64,000 bases of DNA from Pseudomonadota bacterium (GTDB lineage Bacteria; Pseudomonadota; Gammaproteobacteria; Burkholderiales; SG8-39). Where the stretch lies: the NCBI GenBank assembly GCA_025356665.1, contig JANXRV010000123.1:8113-72112 (forward strand), read 5' to 3'. The notes below the pieces were generated by a model. The model did no database searches, had not been told where the DNA came from, and saw nothing but the letters and a program-made list of their open reading frames with translations. Below, piece after piece: positions 27,161-37,385 of this stretch. The translations under genes were made by a program, and so were the position numbers. Every line of letters begins with the position of its first letter. The stretch's first letter is position 1.

Positions 27161-29521
27161 ATGACACGCCCTAACGATAGCAGCCTGATCGGTCAGTCGA
27201 TCGCCCGGCCCAAGGCCCGACAATTCACATCGGGCCGCGGCCGCTACACCGACGATGTGCGCGTTCCGGGCCTGTTGCACGCGGCCTTTTTGCGCAGCCC
27301 CCATGCGCATGCACGCATTGTTTCGATCGCGCTGGACCAGGCCCGTCTGTTGCCCGGGGTCAGCGCGGTGTACACGGCCGATGAGATTCTCTCCGTCTGC
27401 AAGCCCTGGACTACGACCTTCAAACTGATACCGGGTCACCGCTCCCCGCCCCAACCGGCGCTGGCTCAGGAAAGGGCGCTCTGGCAGGGACAACCGGTTG
27501 CGCTGGTTATCGCCGCATCGCGCGCAATCGCCGAGGACGCGGTCGCCTTGATCGAGGTCGAATGGGAAAGCTATCCGGCGCTCACGAGCGCCGCCGACGC
27601 GCTCGCCGAGGGCGCGGCAGTGCTGCACCCCGAACTGGGGTCCAATCTGCTCTTCGAGCACCGGATCCGCAGCGCAGACGCGCAGACGGCCTTTGACAAG
27701 GCTGACCATGTGGTGCGTCGTCAACTGCGTTTCCCGCGCCACACCGGCGTTCCGCTTGAGGGTCGCGCGATCCTGGCTGAATTCGACCCGACACAAGAAA
27801 CCCTCACGGTCCACGCATCGACGCAGATTCCCCACCAGCTGCGTGCCATCCTTGCGGCGCAACTTGGCTTGGGAGAGCACCGCGTGCGCGTTCTGGTCCC
27901 CGACGTCGGCGGCGGTTTCGGTATCAAACTTCACACCTACGATGACGAGATGGCGGTTTGCGCCGCCGCCGTGCTGCTTGGCAGGCCGGTTAAATTTATC
28001 TGCGACCGCCTCGAAGCGTTCGCGAGCGACAACCATGCCCGGGGGCATCAGGTCAGCGCGGCGATCGCCTGCGATGAGCAGGGCATCATCCGCGGCTTTT
28101 CCACCGACGACGTCATGGAAGCCGGCGCTTTTTCCGCCTATCCGCGCACCAGCGTACTCGAGGGACTTCACGCCATCACGATGGTCGGCGCGCCCTATGC
28201 CGCGCCTTCACTGGACGCCCATCTTCGCATTGCCTTCCAAAACAAGCCCCATGTCGGATCTTACCGGGGCGTCGGGCAACCGATAGGCTGCGCGGTTACC
28301 GAGATGCTGGTGGATGCCGCTGCGCGAAAACTCCAAATCGATCCGGCCGAATTCAGGCGGCGCAACTATCGCAACGCAGCGGTCTGCGGAAACATCTCTG
28401 CAGGCGGCGTTGACATGGGTGGCGAGCTGACGTTTATCGCCTGCCACGACCGGCTGCTGGAGATGATGAACTACCCGCAATTGCGCACCGAACAGGCGGA
28501 GGCAAGGCGGATGGGGCGCCACCTTGGCATCGGCTTCGCGTGCTTTGTCGAGGCCTCGGCAACCGGGCCGATGTTTTACGGCAACGCCGGCATAGCGATA
28601 GCAGCCAGCGACGGCTGCAGCGTCCGGCTGGAGCCAACGGGCTCTGTCACCTGCATCACCAGTTCGCAGTTTCAGGGCCAGGGCCTTGAGGTCGGCCTCG
28701 CACAACTTGCTGCGCAAACGCTTGGCGTACCGTTCGATTCGGTCAGCATCGTGCACGGGGACACCGCAGTCACGCCGATGGGTGGCGGCACTTACGCTTC
28801 GCGCGGCCTTGCCATCGGCGGAGAGGCCGCGCTGCTCGCAGCGCGAGGATTGCGCGAACGCATTCTTGCTGCGGCGGCAAGCATGCTCGAGTCGTCGGTG
28901 GGGGATCTGGAGCTGATCGACAGTCAGGTGCGCATACGCGGCACCGACCGTGCGCTCACGCTCGCCGAGATCGGCTTCACAATGCATTACCGGCAGCATC
29001 TGATGCCCCCTGATGTTCCGACCGATCCCATGGTCACCGCGCACTACGCCTCGAAACGCCCCTACCTCGTGGCCAACGGCATTCAGGCAAGCCTTGTCGA
29101 GATTGATCCGGAATCGGGGTTTGTGCGCCTTCTTCGCCATTGGGTTGTCGAGGATTGCGGGCGTGTCGTCAACCCGATGCTGGTTGACGAACAGATTCGC
29201 GGCGCCGTCGTCCAGGGCATAGGTGCGGCGCTGTTTGAGGAGTGCCTCTATGACGAGCAGGGCCAGCTGCTGTCGGCCACGATGGCCGATTACCTCGTAC
29301 CGATGGCCGCAGACATGCCGGATATCGAAATCGGCCATATTGAGACGCCAGTCCCGGACACCTTGCTTGGCGGTAAGGGTGTGGGTGAGTCCGGTATTGT
29401 CGGGGCCGCTGTGGCGGTGGCAAATGCCGTCAATGACGCTCTGGCGCCCCTCGGGGCGGAAATAAGCGACTTGCCGATCACACCTGAACGCATGTTGCGT
29501 GCCCTCGGCCGGGTGCCGTAA
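27161..29521 (+). CDS. Orphan xanthine dehydrogenase-family molybdopterin-binding large subunit
   Basis: GRGRYTDD, VGGGFGIK, SYRGVGQ, QGQG, GTYASR and KGVGESG motifs; no adjacent M or S subunit genes. Confidence 0.93.
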   Translation: MTRPNDSSLIGQSIARPKARQFTSGRGRYTDDVRVPGLLHAAFLRSPHAHARIVSIALDQARLLPGVSAVYTADEILSVCKPWTTTFKLIPGHRSPPQPALAQERALWQGQPVALVIAASRAIAEDAVALIEVEWESYPALTSAADALAEGAAVLHPELGSNLLFEHRIRSADAQTAFDKADHVVRRQLRFPRHTGVPLEGRAILAEFDPTQETLTVHASTQIPHQLRAILAAQLGLGEHRVRVLVPDVGGGFGIKLHTYDDEMAVCAAAVLLGRPVKFICDRLEAFASDNHARGHQVSAAIACDEQGIIRGFSTDDVMEAGAFSAYPRTSVLEGLHAITMVGAPYAAPSLDAHLRIAFQNKPHVGSYRGVGQPIGCAVTEMLVDAAARKLQIDPAEFRRRNYRNAAVCGNISAGGVDMGGELTFIACHDRLLEMMNYPQLRTEQAEARRMGRHLGIGFACFVEASATGPMFYGNAGIAIAASDGCSVRLEPTGSVTCITSSQFQGQGLEVGLAQLAAQTLGVPFDSVSIVHGDTAVTPMGGGTYASRGLAIGGEAALLAARGLRERILAAAASMLESSVGDLELIDSQVRIRGTDRALTLAEIGFTMHYRQHLMPPDVPTDPMVTAHYASKRPYLVANGIQASLVEIDPESGFVRLLRHWVVEDCGRVVNPMLVDEQIRGAVVQGIGAALFEECLYDEQGQLLSATMADYLVPMAADMPDIEIGHIETPVPDTLLGGKGVGESGIVGAAVAVANAVNDALAPLGAEISDLPITPERMLRALGRVP

Positions 29522-29587
29522 AGGTTCCAATGCAAGTTTCAGCTTGACCACCGGCGCCGGTAAGCGGCGTGCGATACGCTTGTGTGC

Positions 29588-29621
29588 GACTTTTTCTGAC
29601 CCGCGTGACTTTTTCTGACCC
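29588..29621. repeat. 15-bp direct repeat, 2 copies (gactttttctgaccc)
   Basis: Copies at 29588 and 29607. Confidence 0.8.
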
Positions 29622-29774
29622 TATTGCCTCGCCAACGCGCTTGCCGTGCCAGTGCGAGCCTGCCCCGGTTTGTCAAAGACGAGTTCGAGGCCGTTCTGCG
29701 CCAGTCTTTGCCAGGGCTCCGGCGAGGGGCGGCAAAAAGGCGGGCCGGAGCGGGCGGTAGTAGAATCGGTCGCC

Positions 29775-31865
29775 ATGAACGCGCGCATCCCGATTATCGA
29801 CCGCAAAGTAGTGCGCGGTGCCTGTCCGCACGACTGCCCCGACACCTGCGCGCTCGCCGTGACGGTGGAAAACGGCATCGCCATCAAGGTCGAGGGCGGG
29901 GACATGCCCTTCACCGCCGGCACGCTTTGCACCAAGGTGGCGAAATACCTTGAGCGCACCTATTCGCCCGACCGCGTCACGCACCCGATGCGGCGCATCG
30001 GCGGCAAGGGTCCGGGTCGGGGCGGCTGGGAGCGCATCAGCTGGGAGGAGGCCCTCGCCATCATCGTGACACGGTTCAAGGCGGTCTGCGCCGAGGATCC
30101 GCAGGGCGTGCTGCCCCTTGATTACGCCGGCACCATGGGCCAGGTGCAATGGCATTCCATGGGCAGGCGCCTGTTCAGCCGCATGGGCGCCTCGTTGCTG
30201 GACCGCACCTTTTGTTCCTCCGCGGGGAAGGCCGGTTTCAAGATTTCACTCGGTGCTACGGTGGGCATGGATCCGGAGCGTTTCGAGGATTCCAGGCTGA
30301 TTATCATCTGGGGTTCCAATCCCATCGTCTCCAACCTGCACTTGTGGACGCGCATCCAGGAAGCCAAGCGCCGCGGCGCCAAGCTCATCGCCATCGATCC
30401 GTATCGCAGCCTTAGCGCCGAGAAATGCCACCAGCATCTCGCGCCGCTGCCAGGCACCGATGGTGCGCTCGCCCTGGGCTTGATGCACGTCATCATCGGC
30501 GAGGGACTGCACGACCGCGACTATGTCGCCAGTCATACGCTGGGGTTTGAGCCCTTGGCGGAACGGGTCAAGGCATTCACGCCGGACAGGGTTGCCGCCA
30601 TCACCGGCCTTGCGGCGCAGGACATCATTGCCCTTGCGCGCGAGTATGCCGCGACCAAGACCGCGGCCATACGGCTCAATTACGGCATGCAGCGGCACTC
30701 GGGCGGCGGCATGGCTGCGCGTAACATCGCCTGCCTGCCCGCTCTCACCGGGGCCTGGCGTGAGGCGGCTGGAGGCGTCACCATCGGCACCGGCGGTTTT
30801 TTTGGCATCAACGAGGCGGCGGTGCAGCGCCCCGATTTGCTCCAGTTGTCGGCGCAGCCCAAGCCGCGCACCATCAACATGAGCGCGGTGGGCAACGCGC
30901 TGCTCGCGGCCGATCCGCCGGTGCGCGCTACCTACGTTTACAACACGAACCCGGTTGCGGTCGCGCCCGATTCGAGCAAGGTCATCGCCGGGTTTTCGCG
31001 CGCCGACTTGTTTACGGTCGTGCATGACGTGTTCATCACCGACACCGCCGAGTACGCCGATATCTTTCTGCCGGCGACGACGCAACTCGAGCACTACGAT
31101 GTGCACACCGCCTACGGCCATCTTTACGTCACCGCCAATAACCCGGCGATCGCGCCGGTGGGTGAATCGCTGCCCAACTCCGAGGTGTTCCGGCGCATCG
31201 CCGCGGGCATGGGCTATACCGAAGCGTGCTTTCGCGATTCGGACGAGGATATTTGCCGGCAGGCGCTCGATTCGAACAATCCGCGCATGCAGGGAATAAC
31301 GTGGGACAAGCTAAAAGAGGCGGGCTGGATACGCTTGAACGTGCCGGTGATATTCGCGCCCTTTGCGCAAGGCAATTTCCCCACGCCCTCGGGCAAATGC
31401 GAGTTCTACAGCGAGACGGCAAAACAGCAGGGCCTAGACCCGCTGCCGGCGTGGACGCCGCCGCGCGAATCGGTCGGCTCCAATCCGGAACTGGCGAAGC
31501 GCTTTCCGCTCGCGATGATCTCGCCGCCCAACCGTCATTTTCTTAATTCAACTTTTGCCAACCTGCCTTTCGCGCTGGCCGAGGCGAAAGAGCCGATGCT
31601 CGACATCCATCCGGAGGACGCTTTTGAGCGCGATATCGTTGATGGCGCAATGTTGCGCATCCACAACGACCGCGGTTCCTTTCAGGCGCGCGCCCGCGTC
31701 AGCGACAAGGCCCGCCGCGGCGTGGTCATCGCACTTTCGGTGTGGTGGAGAAAACTCACGCCGGACGGAAAAAATGCCAACGAGGTGACCTCACAGGCCA
31801 CCGCCGATATGGGCGGCGCGGCGACCTTTTACGATTGCCTTGTTGAAGTGGAGTGCGCGGCATGA
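29775..31865 (+). CDS. Molybdopterin (bis-PGD) oxidoreductase, YoaE/FdhF-like, cytoplasmic
   Basis: CPHDCPDTC...C iron-sulfur motif, ISWEEAL, IIWGSNP, TDTAEYAD.FLPA and C-terminal dinucleotide-binding domain; no Tat signal. Confidence 0.92.
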   Translation: MNARIPIIDRKVVRGACPHDCPDTCALAVTVENGIAIKVEGGDMPFTAGTLCTKVAKYLERTYSPDRVTHPMRRIGGKGPGRGGWERISWEEALAIIVTRFKAVCAEDPQGVLPLDYAGTMGQVQWHSMGRRLFSRMGASLLDRTFCSSAGKAGFKISLGATVGMDPERFEDSRLIIIWGSNPIVSNLHLWTRIQEAKRRGAKLIAIDPYRSLSAEKCHQHLAPLPGTDGALALGLMHVIIGEGLHDRDYVASHTLGFEPLAERVKAFTPDRVAAITGLAAQDIIALAREYAATKTAAIRLNYGMQRHSGGGMAARNIACLPALTGAWREAAGGVTIGTGGFFGINEAAVQRPDLLQLSAQPKPRTINMSAVGNALLAADPPVRATYVYNTNPVAVAPDSSKVIAGFSRADLFTVVHDVFITDTAEYADIFLPATTQLEHYDVHTAYGHLYVTANNPAIAPVGESLPNSEVFRRIAAGMGYTEACFRDSDEDICRQALDSNNPRMQGITWDKLKEAGWIRLNVPVIFAPFAQGNFPTPSGKCEFYSETAKQQGLDPLPAWTPPRESVGSNPELAKRFPLAMISPPNRHFLNSTFANLPFALAEAKEPMLDIHPEDAFERDIVDGAMLRIHNDRGSFQARARVSDKARRGVVIALSVWWRKLTPDGKNANEVTSQATADMGGAATFYDCLVEVECAA

Positions 31866-32224
31866 AGGCCCGCGTCAGCGCGCTTGCACGCACCGGGGCG
31901 CGCGCCGGTACGCAATTTGGCGGCAGGGTCCATGCTTTTGCGCGCCGCAGCCTCGATGGCGAGGCGCATTTGTGGAAGGTATGGTGGCTGGGGGGTATCC
32001 CGGTTGCGCTGTCCGCCAGCGCCATCACCGTTGCGGCGGAACTGGCGCGCGACCAAACCCATCACGGCACCGGTGCGCTGCTCGATACGGTGAAACTGCT
32101 GATTTACCTCTTCTGGTTTTGCGCCGCCTGGCGCTGCGCGCGCAATGTCGAGCGTCCGCTGTGGACGCCGGTCGGCCAGCTTGCCATCGCCACCAGCCTC
32201 GTCTTGACCGCCATTACCTTCTAA
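31862..32224 (+). CDS. Hypothetical membrane protein
   Basis: ATGA overlap with the upstream stop; three hydrophobic segments; GEAHLWKVWW and WRCARNV. Confidence 0.7.
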   Translation: MKARVSALARTGARAGTQFGGRVHAFARRSLDGEAHLWKVWWLGGIPVALSASAITVAAELARDQTHHGTGALLDTVKLLIYLFWFCAAWRCARNVERPLWTPVGQLAIATSLVLTAITF

Positions 32225-32415
32225 AGCGGACGGCGCGAGCTTTGCGCTGCGCGCTTTGATCCAAATCACCGTGGCAAGATGTACGACGACTGCTGTTTTC
32301 TTCAGGTTTGACAGCAGCGGCGCAAGAACCTATTGTGGGGTGCGCAGTCACCCAGTCAACATAAAAGGCATAAGCCAAATACATCAGACTGCCGTCCGTC
32401 ACCATAGGAGGAGAC

Positions 32416-33435
32416 ATGAGTAAATCCACGTTTGCAAATGGCTTTCGTGCGGCCGTCGCCGCACTGGCCATCGCCGCACTGGCCATCGCCGCGTTCAGCC
32501 TGCCCGCAACAGCGCAACAAGTCATCACACTTCATGGCGCAGTGCAGTTTGCCGATGACCACGCCTTCAACCGGTCGCTGCTCAAGTTCGAGGAACTGGT
32601 GAAGAAGTACTACGGCAAGCCGATCAACTTCGTGCTCCATCGCAACAGTGAACTGGGCCTGGAAAAGGATTACGTCGCCTACATGAACCAGGGCATTTCG
32701 GTGGACTACGCCATCGCGTCCCCGGCGCACATGTCGACTTTCTCCAAGGCGGCGCCCTTTATCGACGCGCCTTTCCTGTTCCGCGATCTGAACCACTGGA
32801 ACAAGGTGCTGGACCTTGACCTGCTCAAGCCTATCGCCGAAGAGATCGCGCAAAAGGCCGACGTGATGCTGATCGGCTACGCCGGTGGCGGCACGCGCAA
32901 TATTTTCTCCAACAAGCCGGCCAAGAATCTCGCCGAGCTGAAGGGCCTCAAGGTGCGCGTGCAGGGTGCGCCGATCTGGAGCAAGACCTTCGGCGCCATC
33001 GGCATGTCGCCGACGGTGATCGCCTACAACGAAATCTACAACGCCATCCAGAACGGCGTCATCAACGCCGGCGAGAACGAGGCGGCGGGCGTGGAGGCGA
33101 TGAAGTTTTTCGAGGTTGGCTCCAATTTGCTGATGACGCAGCACGCCATCACCATCCGGCCTATCTGTTTTTCCGGCAAGACCTTCAATAAGCTGTCGCC
33201 GGACCTGCAGGCCGCCATCATCCGGGCGGGCAAGGAGGCGGGCACCTACGGCCGCCAGGTCGAGGCCGGCGAGGACACCGCCAAGCTCGTCGCGCTGGAG
33301 AAGGCCGGCAAGCTGAAGCGCGTCCCCTTCACCCAGCGCGCGGAAATGCAAAAAATCGTCGACCCGATCATGGCCGCCTACGCCAAGGAAATCGGCGCCG
33401 ACGCGATCCACGCCAAGATTCTCGCCGTCAAGTAG
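32416..33435 (+). CDS. dctP: TRAP transporter substrate-binding protein
   Basis: Signal peptide, PFLFRD, LKGLKVRV and EIYNAIQNGVINAGEN motifs; AGGAGG RBS. Confidence 0.93.
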   Translation: MSKSTFANGFRAAVAALAIAALAIAAFSLPATAQQVITLHGAVQFADDHAFNRSLLKFEELVKKYYGKPINFVLHRNSELGLEKDYVAYMNQGISVDYAIASPAHMSTFSKAAPFIDAPFLFRDLNHWNKVLDLDLLKPIAEEIAQKADVMLIGYAGGGTRNIFSNKPAKNLAELKGLKVRVQGAPIWSKTFGAIGMSPTVIAYNEIYNAIQNGVINAGENEAAGVEAMKFFEVGSNLLMTQHAITIRPICFSGKTFNKLSPDLQAAIIRAGKEAGTYGRQVEAGEDTAKLVALEKAGKLKRVPFTQRAEMQKIVDPIMAAYAKEIGADAIHAKILAVK

Positions 33436-33526
33436 TCCCTCTGAGCTTCGATCGCTGACTTTTGATTGTTTATATTTGCGCCTCTTCGGGTTTCCCGGAG
33501 GGGCGCAAGGTTTGTTCGGGCCTCGC

Positions 33527-34054
33527 ATGAAAAACATACTCGATTGGTATCACCGACTGCTCACCTGGTTGCTGGTCGGCACGGTGGCGATTCTCATCAT
33601 TCCGGTGACGCTGCAAATCATTTCGCGCTACACCGCGCTGATCCCCTCGTGGATCTGGACCGAGGAGTTGTCGCGCTTCATGTTCATCTGGATGGTGATG
33701 ATTGGCGCGATGATAGGCGTGCGCGAGGGCTCCCATTTTGACGTCGACGTCTGGCCCGAGCTTGGTGCGCGCGGCGCGGCGCGGCTGCGCATCGTCTCGC
33801 ATCTGTTCGTGCTGGTCTTTGCGCTGGTGTTTGTCTGGTGGGGCATACAGTTCGTGCGCTTTGGCTGGAACCAGGAGTCGGAACTGGCCGAGTTGCCGAT
33901 GATTTATATTTTTCTCGCCTGGCCGGTAGCCGGGTTCACCTGGGTGTTGTTCCTCGGCGAGATCTTTGTCGCCGATATCCGCACCCTGCTCGCGGCCGAT
34001 GGTAAAACCGCGGCCGCGCCCGAAGCGCGGCACGACCTGAAAGGCCATCAATGA
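33527..34054 (+). CDS. dctQ: TRAP transporter small permease
   Basis: WTEELSRFMFIW..GA..GVREGSHFDVD motif; four TM segments. Confidence 0.92.
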   Translation: MKNILDWYHRLLTWLLVGTVAILIIPVTLQIISRYTALIPSWIWTEELSRFMFIWMVMIGAMIGVREGSHFDVDVWPELGARGAARLRIVSHLFVLVFALVFVWWGIQFVRFGWNQESELAELPMIYIFLAWPVAGFTWVLFLGEIFVADIRTLLAADGKTAAAPEARHDLKGHQ

Positions 34055-35370
34055 CCCAGGCCGCCCTGACGCCCGGATTGGCGGCGCTGCTGCTGTTCGG
34101 CACTTTTTTCGCCTTGCTGGTGGCGCGCGTGCCGGTGGCCTTTGCGCTTGGCCTCGCCTGCCTGCCCTCGCTGATTTTCGAGCCGCGCCTGTCGCCCATG
34201 GTTTTGTTCAACGAGACCTTCAAGGCCTACAACTCCTTCATCCTGTTGTCGGTGCCGTTTTTCCTGCTCACCGCCAACCTGATGGGCATAGGCGGCATCA
34301 CCGACCGGCTGGTCAAGTTGTCGCGCACCATGGTGGGCAGCATGCCCGGCGCACTGGCGCAGATCAACGTCGTGCTGTCGGTGTTTTTTGCCGGCATCTC
34401 GGGTTCGTCCACGGCCGACGCGGCGAGCCAGAGCAAGATTTTCATCGACGCGCAGACCAAGGAGGGCTATGACTTGTCTTTTTCCATCGCCATCACCGCA
34501 GTGTCGGCGGTGCTGGCGGTAATCATTCCGCCCTCCATCCTGATGGTGGTGTGGGGCGGTGTGATCTCCACCTCGATAGGCGCCCTGTACCTGGCCGGCA
34601 TCGTCCCCGGCCTGCTCATCGCCGGGGCGCAAATGGCCACGGTGCACGTCTACGCGGTGCGGCGCAAATACCCGGTGTATCCGCGCGCCACGACGAAGGA
34701 GTTTTTCACCTCCATGCTCGAATCGGTGCCGGCATTGATGACGCCTTTCATCATCGTCGGTGGCATCCTGCTGGGCTGGTTTACGCCGACCGAGTCGGCG
34801 GCGGTGGCGGTGATTTACGCGCTGGTGCTGTCGATGTTCGTCTACCGCGAAATGGACAGGAAGCGTCTTTACACCGCGCTCTCAGAGACGGGCAAGCTCT
34901 CGGCCATTGCGCTGTTTTGCGTCGGCACCGCCTCGGCCTTTGGCTGGCTGCTGGCCTACTACCAGATTCCGCAGGCACTGCTCGCCAATGTCACGACCTG
35001 GGGGCTGGGCATCATAGGCGTGGGCATGTTCATCGCGTTCGCCTTCCTGGTGGTCGGCTGCTTTCTTGACGCCATCCCGGCCATCATCATTGTCGGCACC
35101 ACGCTGCAGCCGCTGGCTGCATCGGTGAACATGCACCCGGTGCAGTTCGCCATCATCGGCATCGTCGCACTCGCATTTGGCCTCGTAACGCCGCCCTACG
35201 GCCTGTGCCTGATGATCGCCTGCGCGGTGGCCAAGGTGCGCCTGCGTTACGCGCTCAAGGACACCATGATCATGCTGGTGCCCATGCTGCTGGTACTGAT
35301 TGCGCTGATCATCTGGCCCGAGGTCTCGTTGTTCCTGCCGCGGCTGATTTCACCCGAACTGCTGAAGTGA
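34051..35370 (+). CDS. dctM: TRAP transporter large permease
   Basis: VPFF, FAGISGSSTAD, IIPPSI, FTPTESA and GLVTPPYG motifs. Confidence 0.95.
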   Translation: MTQAALTPGLAALLLFGTFFALLVARVPVAFALGLACLPSLIFEPRLSPMVLFNETFKAYNSFILLSVPFFLLTANLMGIGGITDRLVKLSRTMVGSMPGALAQINVVLSVFFAGISGSSTADAASQSKIFIDAQTKEGYDLSFSIAITAVSAVLAVIIPPSILMVVWGGVISTSIGALYLAGIVPGLLIAGAQMATVHVYAVRRKYPVYPRATTKEFFTSMLESVPALMTPFIIVGGILLGWFTPTESAAVAVIYALVLSMFVYREMDRKRLYTALSETGKLSAIALFCVGTASAFGWLLAYYQIPQALLANVTTWGLGIIGVGMFIAFAFLVVGCFLDAIPAIIIVGTTLQPLAASVNMHPVQFAIIGIVALAFGLVTPPYGLCLMIACAVAKVRLRYALKDTMIMLVPMLLVLIALIIWPEVSLFLPRLISPELLK

Positions 35371-35377
35371 CCCGGCA

Positions 35378-36145
35378 ATGAACACCACCGACCGCTTCAG
35401 TCTGCGAGGCAAATACGCCCTGGTCATTGGTGGCACCAGCGGCATAGGCAAGGCCATCGCGCGTGGCTACCTCGAGTCGGGTGCGCGCGTCATCATCGCC
35501 GGGCGCAATGCCGACAAACTGGCCGGGGCGCTGGCCGAACTGCAAGGGCTGGGCGCGGTGTTCGGCTACACCGCCGATGTCAGCGACGAAGCCGGCTTGC
35601 GCGGCCTGGTGGGTATCACGCTCGCGCACCACGGCCGCATCGACGTGCTGGTCAATTGCCAGGGCATTACCCTGCTCAAGCCAGCCGAGGATTTCACACC
35701 GGCCGACTGGGACAGCATCATCAACACCGACCTGAAAAGCGTGTTTTTCGCCTGCACCGAGGTCGGCCGCCACATGCTCGGGCGCGGGCAGGGCGCCATC
35801 ATCAATATCGCCTCGCTCGCTTCGCACCGCGGTTGGCCGCGCAGCGCGCTGTACGCCATCGCCAAGACCGGCGTGCTCAGTCTGACGCAGACCCTCGCCG
35901 CCGAGTGGGCCGGGCGGGGCGTGCGCGTCAACGCCATATCGCCGGGATTTTTCATGACTGAACTCAATCGCGACAAGATGTCGGCCGAGCGCAAGGCGCT
36001 TGCCCTTGCGCGCACGCCGGCGGGGCGTTTTGGCGAAGTCGACGAGCTGGTTGGCGCGGCGATTTACCTCGCCTCTGGCGCTGCGGGCTTTGTCAGCGGC
36101 GAGAGCATCGCCGTGGACGGCGGCTTTCTAGCCACCGGACTTTAA
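35378..36145 (+). CDS. SDR oxidoreductase (KduD/gluconate 5-dehydrogenase-like)
   Basis: GGTSGIG, YAIAK, VRVNAISPG and RTPAGRFG motifs. Confidence 0.9.
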   Translation: MNTTDRFSLRGKYALVIGGTSGIGKAIARGYLESGARVIIAGRNADKLAGALAELQGLGAVFGYTADVSDEAGLRGLVGITLAHHGRIDVLVNCQGITLLKPAEDFTPADWDSIINTDLKSVFFACTEVGRHMLGRGQGAIINIASLASHRGWPRSALYAIAKTGVLSLTQTLAAEWAGRGVRVNAISPGFFMTELNRDKMSAERKALALARTPAGRFGEVDELVGAAIYLASGAAGFVSGESIAVDGGFLATGL

Positions 36146-36157
36146 TACGGAGGGCGC

Positions 36158-37000
36158 ATGCTGCGAATCGAGCCCCTGTCCGATGTCGCCGGCGCTCGGG
36201 TTTCCGGACTCGACTTGTCACAGCCTGTCAGCGCGAAAGCATTTTCGACTATCGAACAGGCGTTGCACACGCATTGCTTTGTGGTGTTCCCGGGGCAGAC
36301 GCTCTCTTCGCGCCAGTTTGTGGCGTTTGCCCGCCTGTGGGGCCGCGCCGAGCCGCATGTCATCGACACCTTTCACCATCCGGATGACGCCAATATCCTG
36401 ATGCTCTCGAATGTGTCGCGCGAGGGCAAGCCCATCGGCTTGCTCGATGCCGGCACCTATTTCCATACCGATTACTCCTACCTTGGGGTGCCGGCGCGTT
36501 GCACCATCCTGCATGCGATACAGATGCCGCGCGAAAAAAGCGGCACCACATTCGCCAACCAGACGCGCGCCTATGCCGACCTGGCCGCGGCAATGAAGTC
36601 GCGCATCGAGGGCATGCTGGTACGCCACCACTACGGCAATCGAGACGACCTTGATGAGTCTTCTCGCACCGTCGCCTCGGTATTGAGCGAAAGCCAGAAG
36701 AAAAAAGTCGACTGGGTGCGCCACCTGCTGGCGCGGCCGCATCCGCACACCGGCGTGAAGTCGCTCTATGCGGTGTCGGGTTCGTCCTTTGGTATCGACG
36801 GCATGGATGATGCGGCGGCGGTCAGTTTGCTCGACGAACTCAAGGCGCATGCGACCGCCGAACGCTACCGTCACACCCACAACTACAGCATCGGCGATGT
36901 CATTGTCTGGGACAACGCGCAGTTGCTGCACGCCGCGCCGCTCACCGACCTCAAGCATGCGCGCACGCTGTGGCGCATCACCGTCAAGGAAGCGGCCTGA
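36158..37000 (+). CDS. TauD/TfdA-family Fe(II)/2-oxoglutarate dioxygenase
   Basis: FHTD, GTTFAN, HPHTG, WDNAQLLH and RTLWR motifs. Confidence 0.92.
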   Translation: MLRIEPLSDVAGARVSGLDLSQPVSAKAFSTIEQALHTHCFVVFPGQTLSSRQFVAFARLWGRAEPHVIDTFHHPDDANILMLSNVSREGKPIGLLDAGTYFHTDYSYLGVPARCTILHAIQMPREKSGTTFANQTRAYADLAAAMKSRIEGMLVRHHYGNRDDLDESSRTVASVLSESQKKKVDWVRHLLARPHPHTGVKSLYAVSGSSFGIDGMDDAAAVSLLDELKAHATAERYRHTHNYSIGDVIVWDNAQLLHAAPLTDLKHARTLWRITVKEAA

Positions 37001-37245
37001 GCGCAGTGCGGGCATTCGGGCGCCGATAATGCGCGGCCACGCTGCGCGGCGGCAGCCGCCTGGCGAGGGCCTGTATGACCTGGCGAGCCGCCCGCTCTGG
37101 CGTATGCTGCGAATCAGGCTGTGGCTGACGCAGGCCTACAGTGGCTGCGGCTTGACCCGGTGGATGCCCACAGCTTCGGCGCCGGAAGTAAATGTAGGCG
37201 ATGTTGCTCAAGTCAGCCTTTCAATCGATGCTGGCACAGCCTTGC

Positions 37246-37273
37246 CTTGATTTAACAATCAAGATTGATCAAT
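37246..37273. promoter_or_regulatory. AT-rich inverted repeats upstream of the Bug-SDR-TauD operon
   Basis: CTTGATT-taac-AATCAAG followed directly by the palindrome ATTGATCAAT. Confidence 0.5.
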
Positions 37274-37385
37274 TAAGGGATATCCAATACATTGCGCATC
37301 GTACAAACAGAGATTTGCCGTCGCGAGCGGGCGCAGGTGCACACTTGCAGCCAAGATCGGGCGACCTGTAACAGGAGGATTCACC

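Noticed and set aside
37231-37246. Sigma-54 promoter (ctggcacagccttgc)
   Set aside because: GG-to-GC spacing is 9 nt rather than the required 10.
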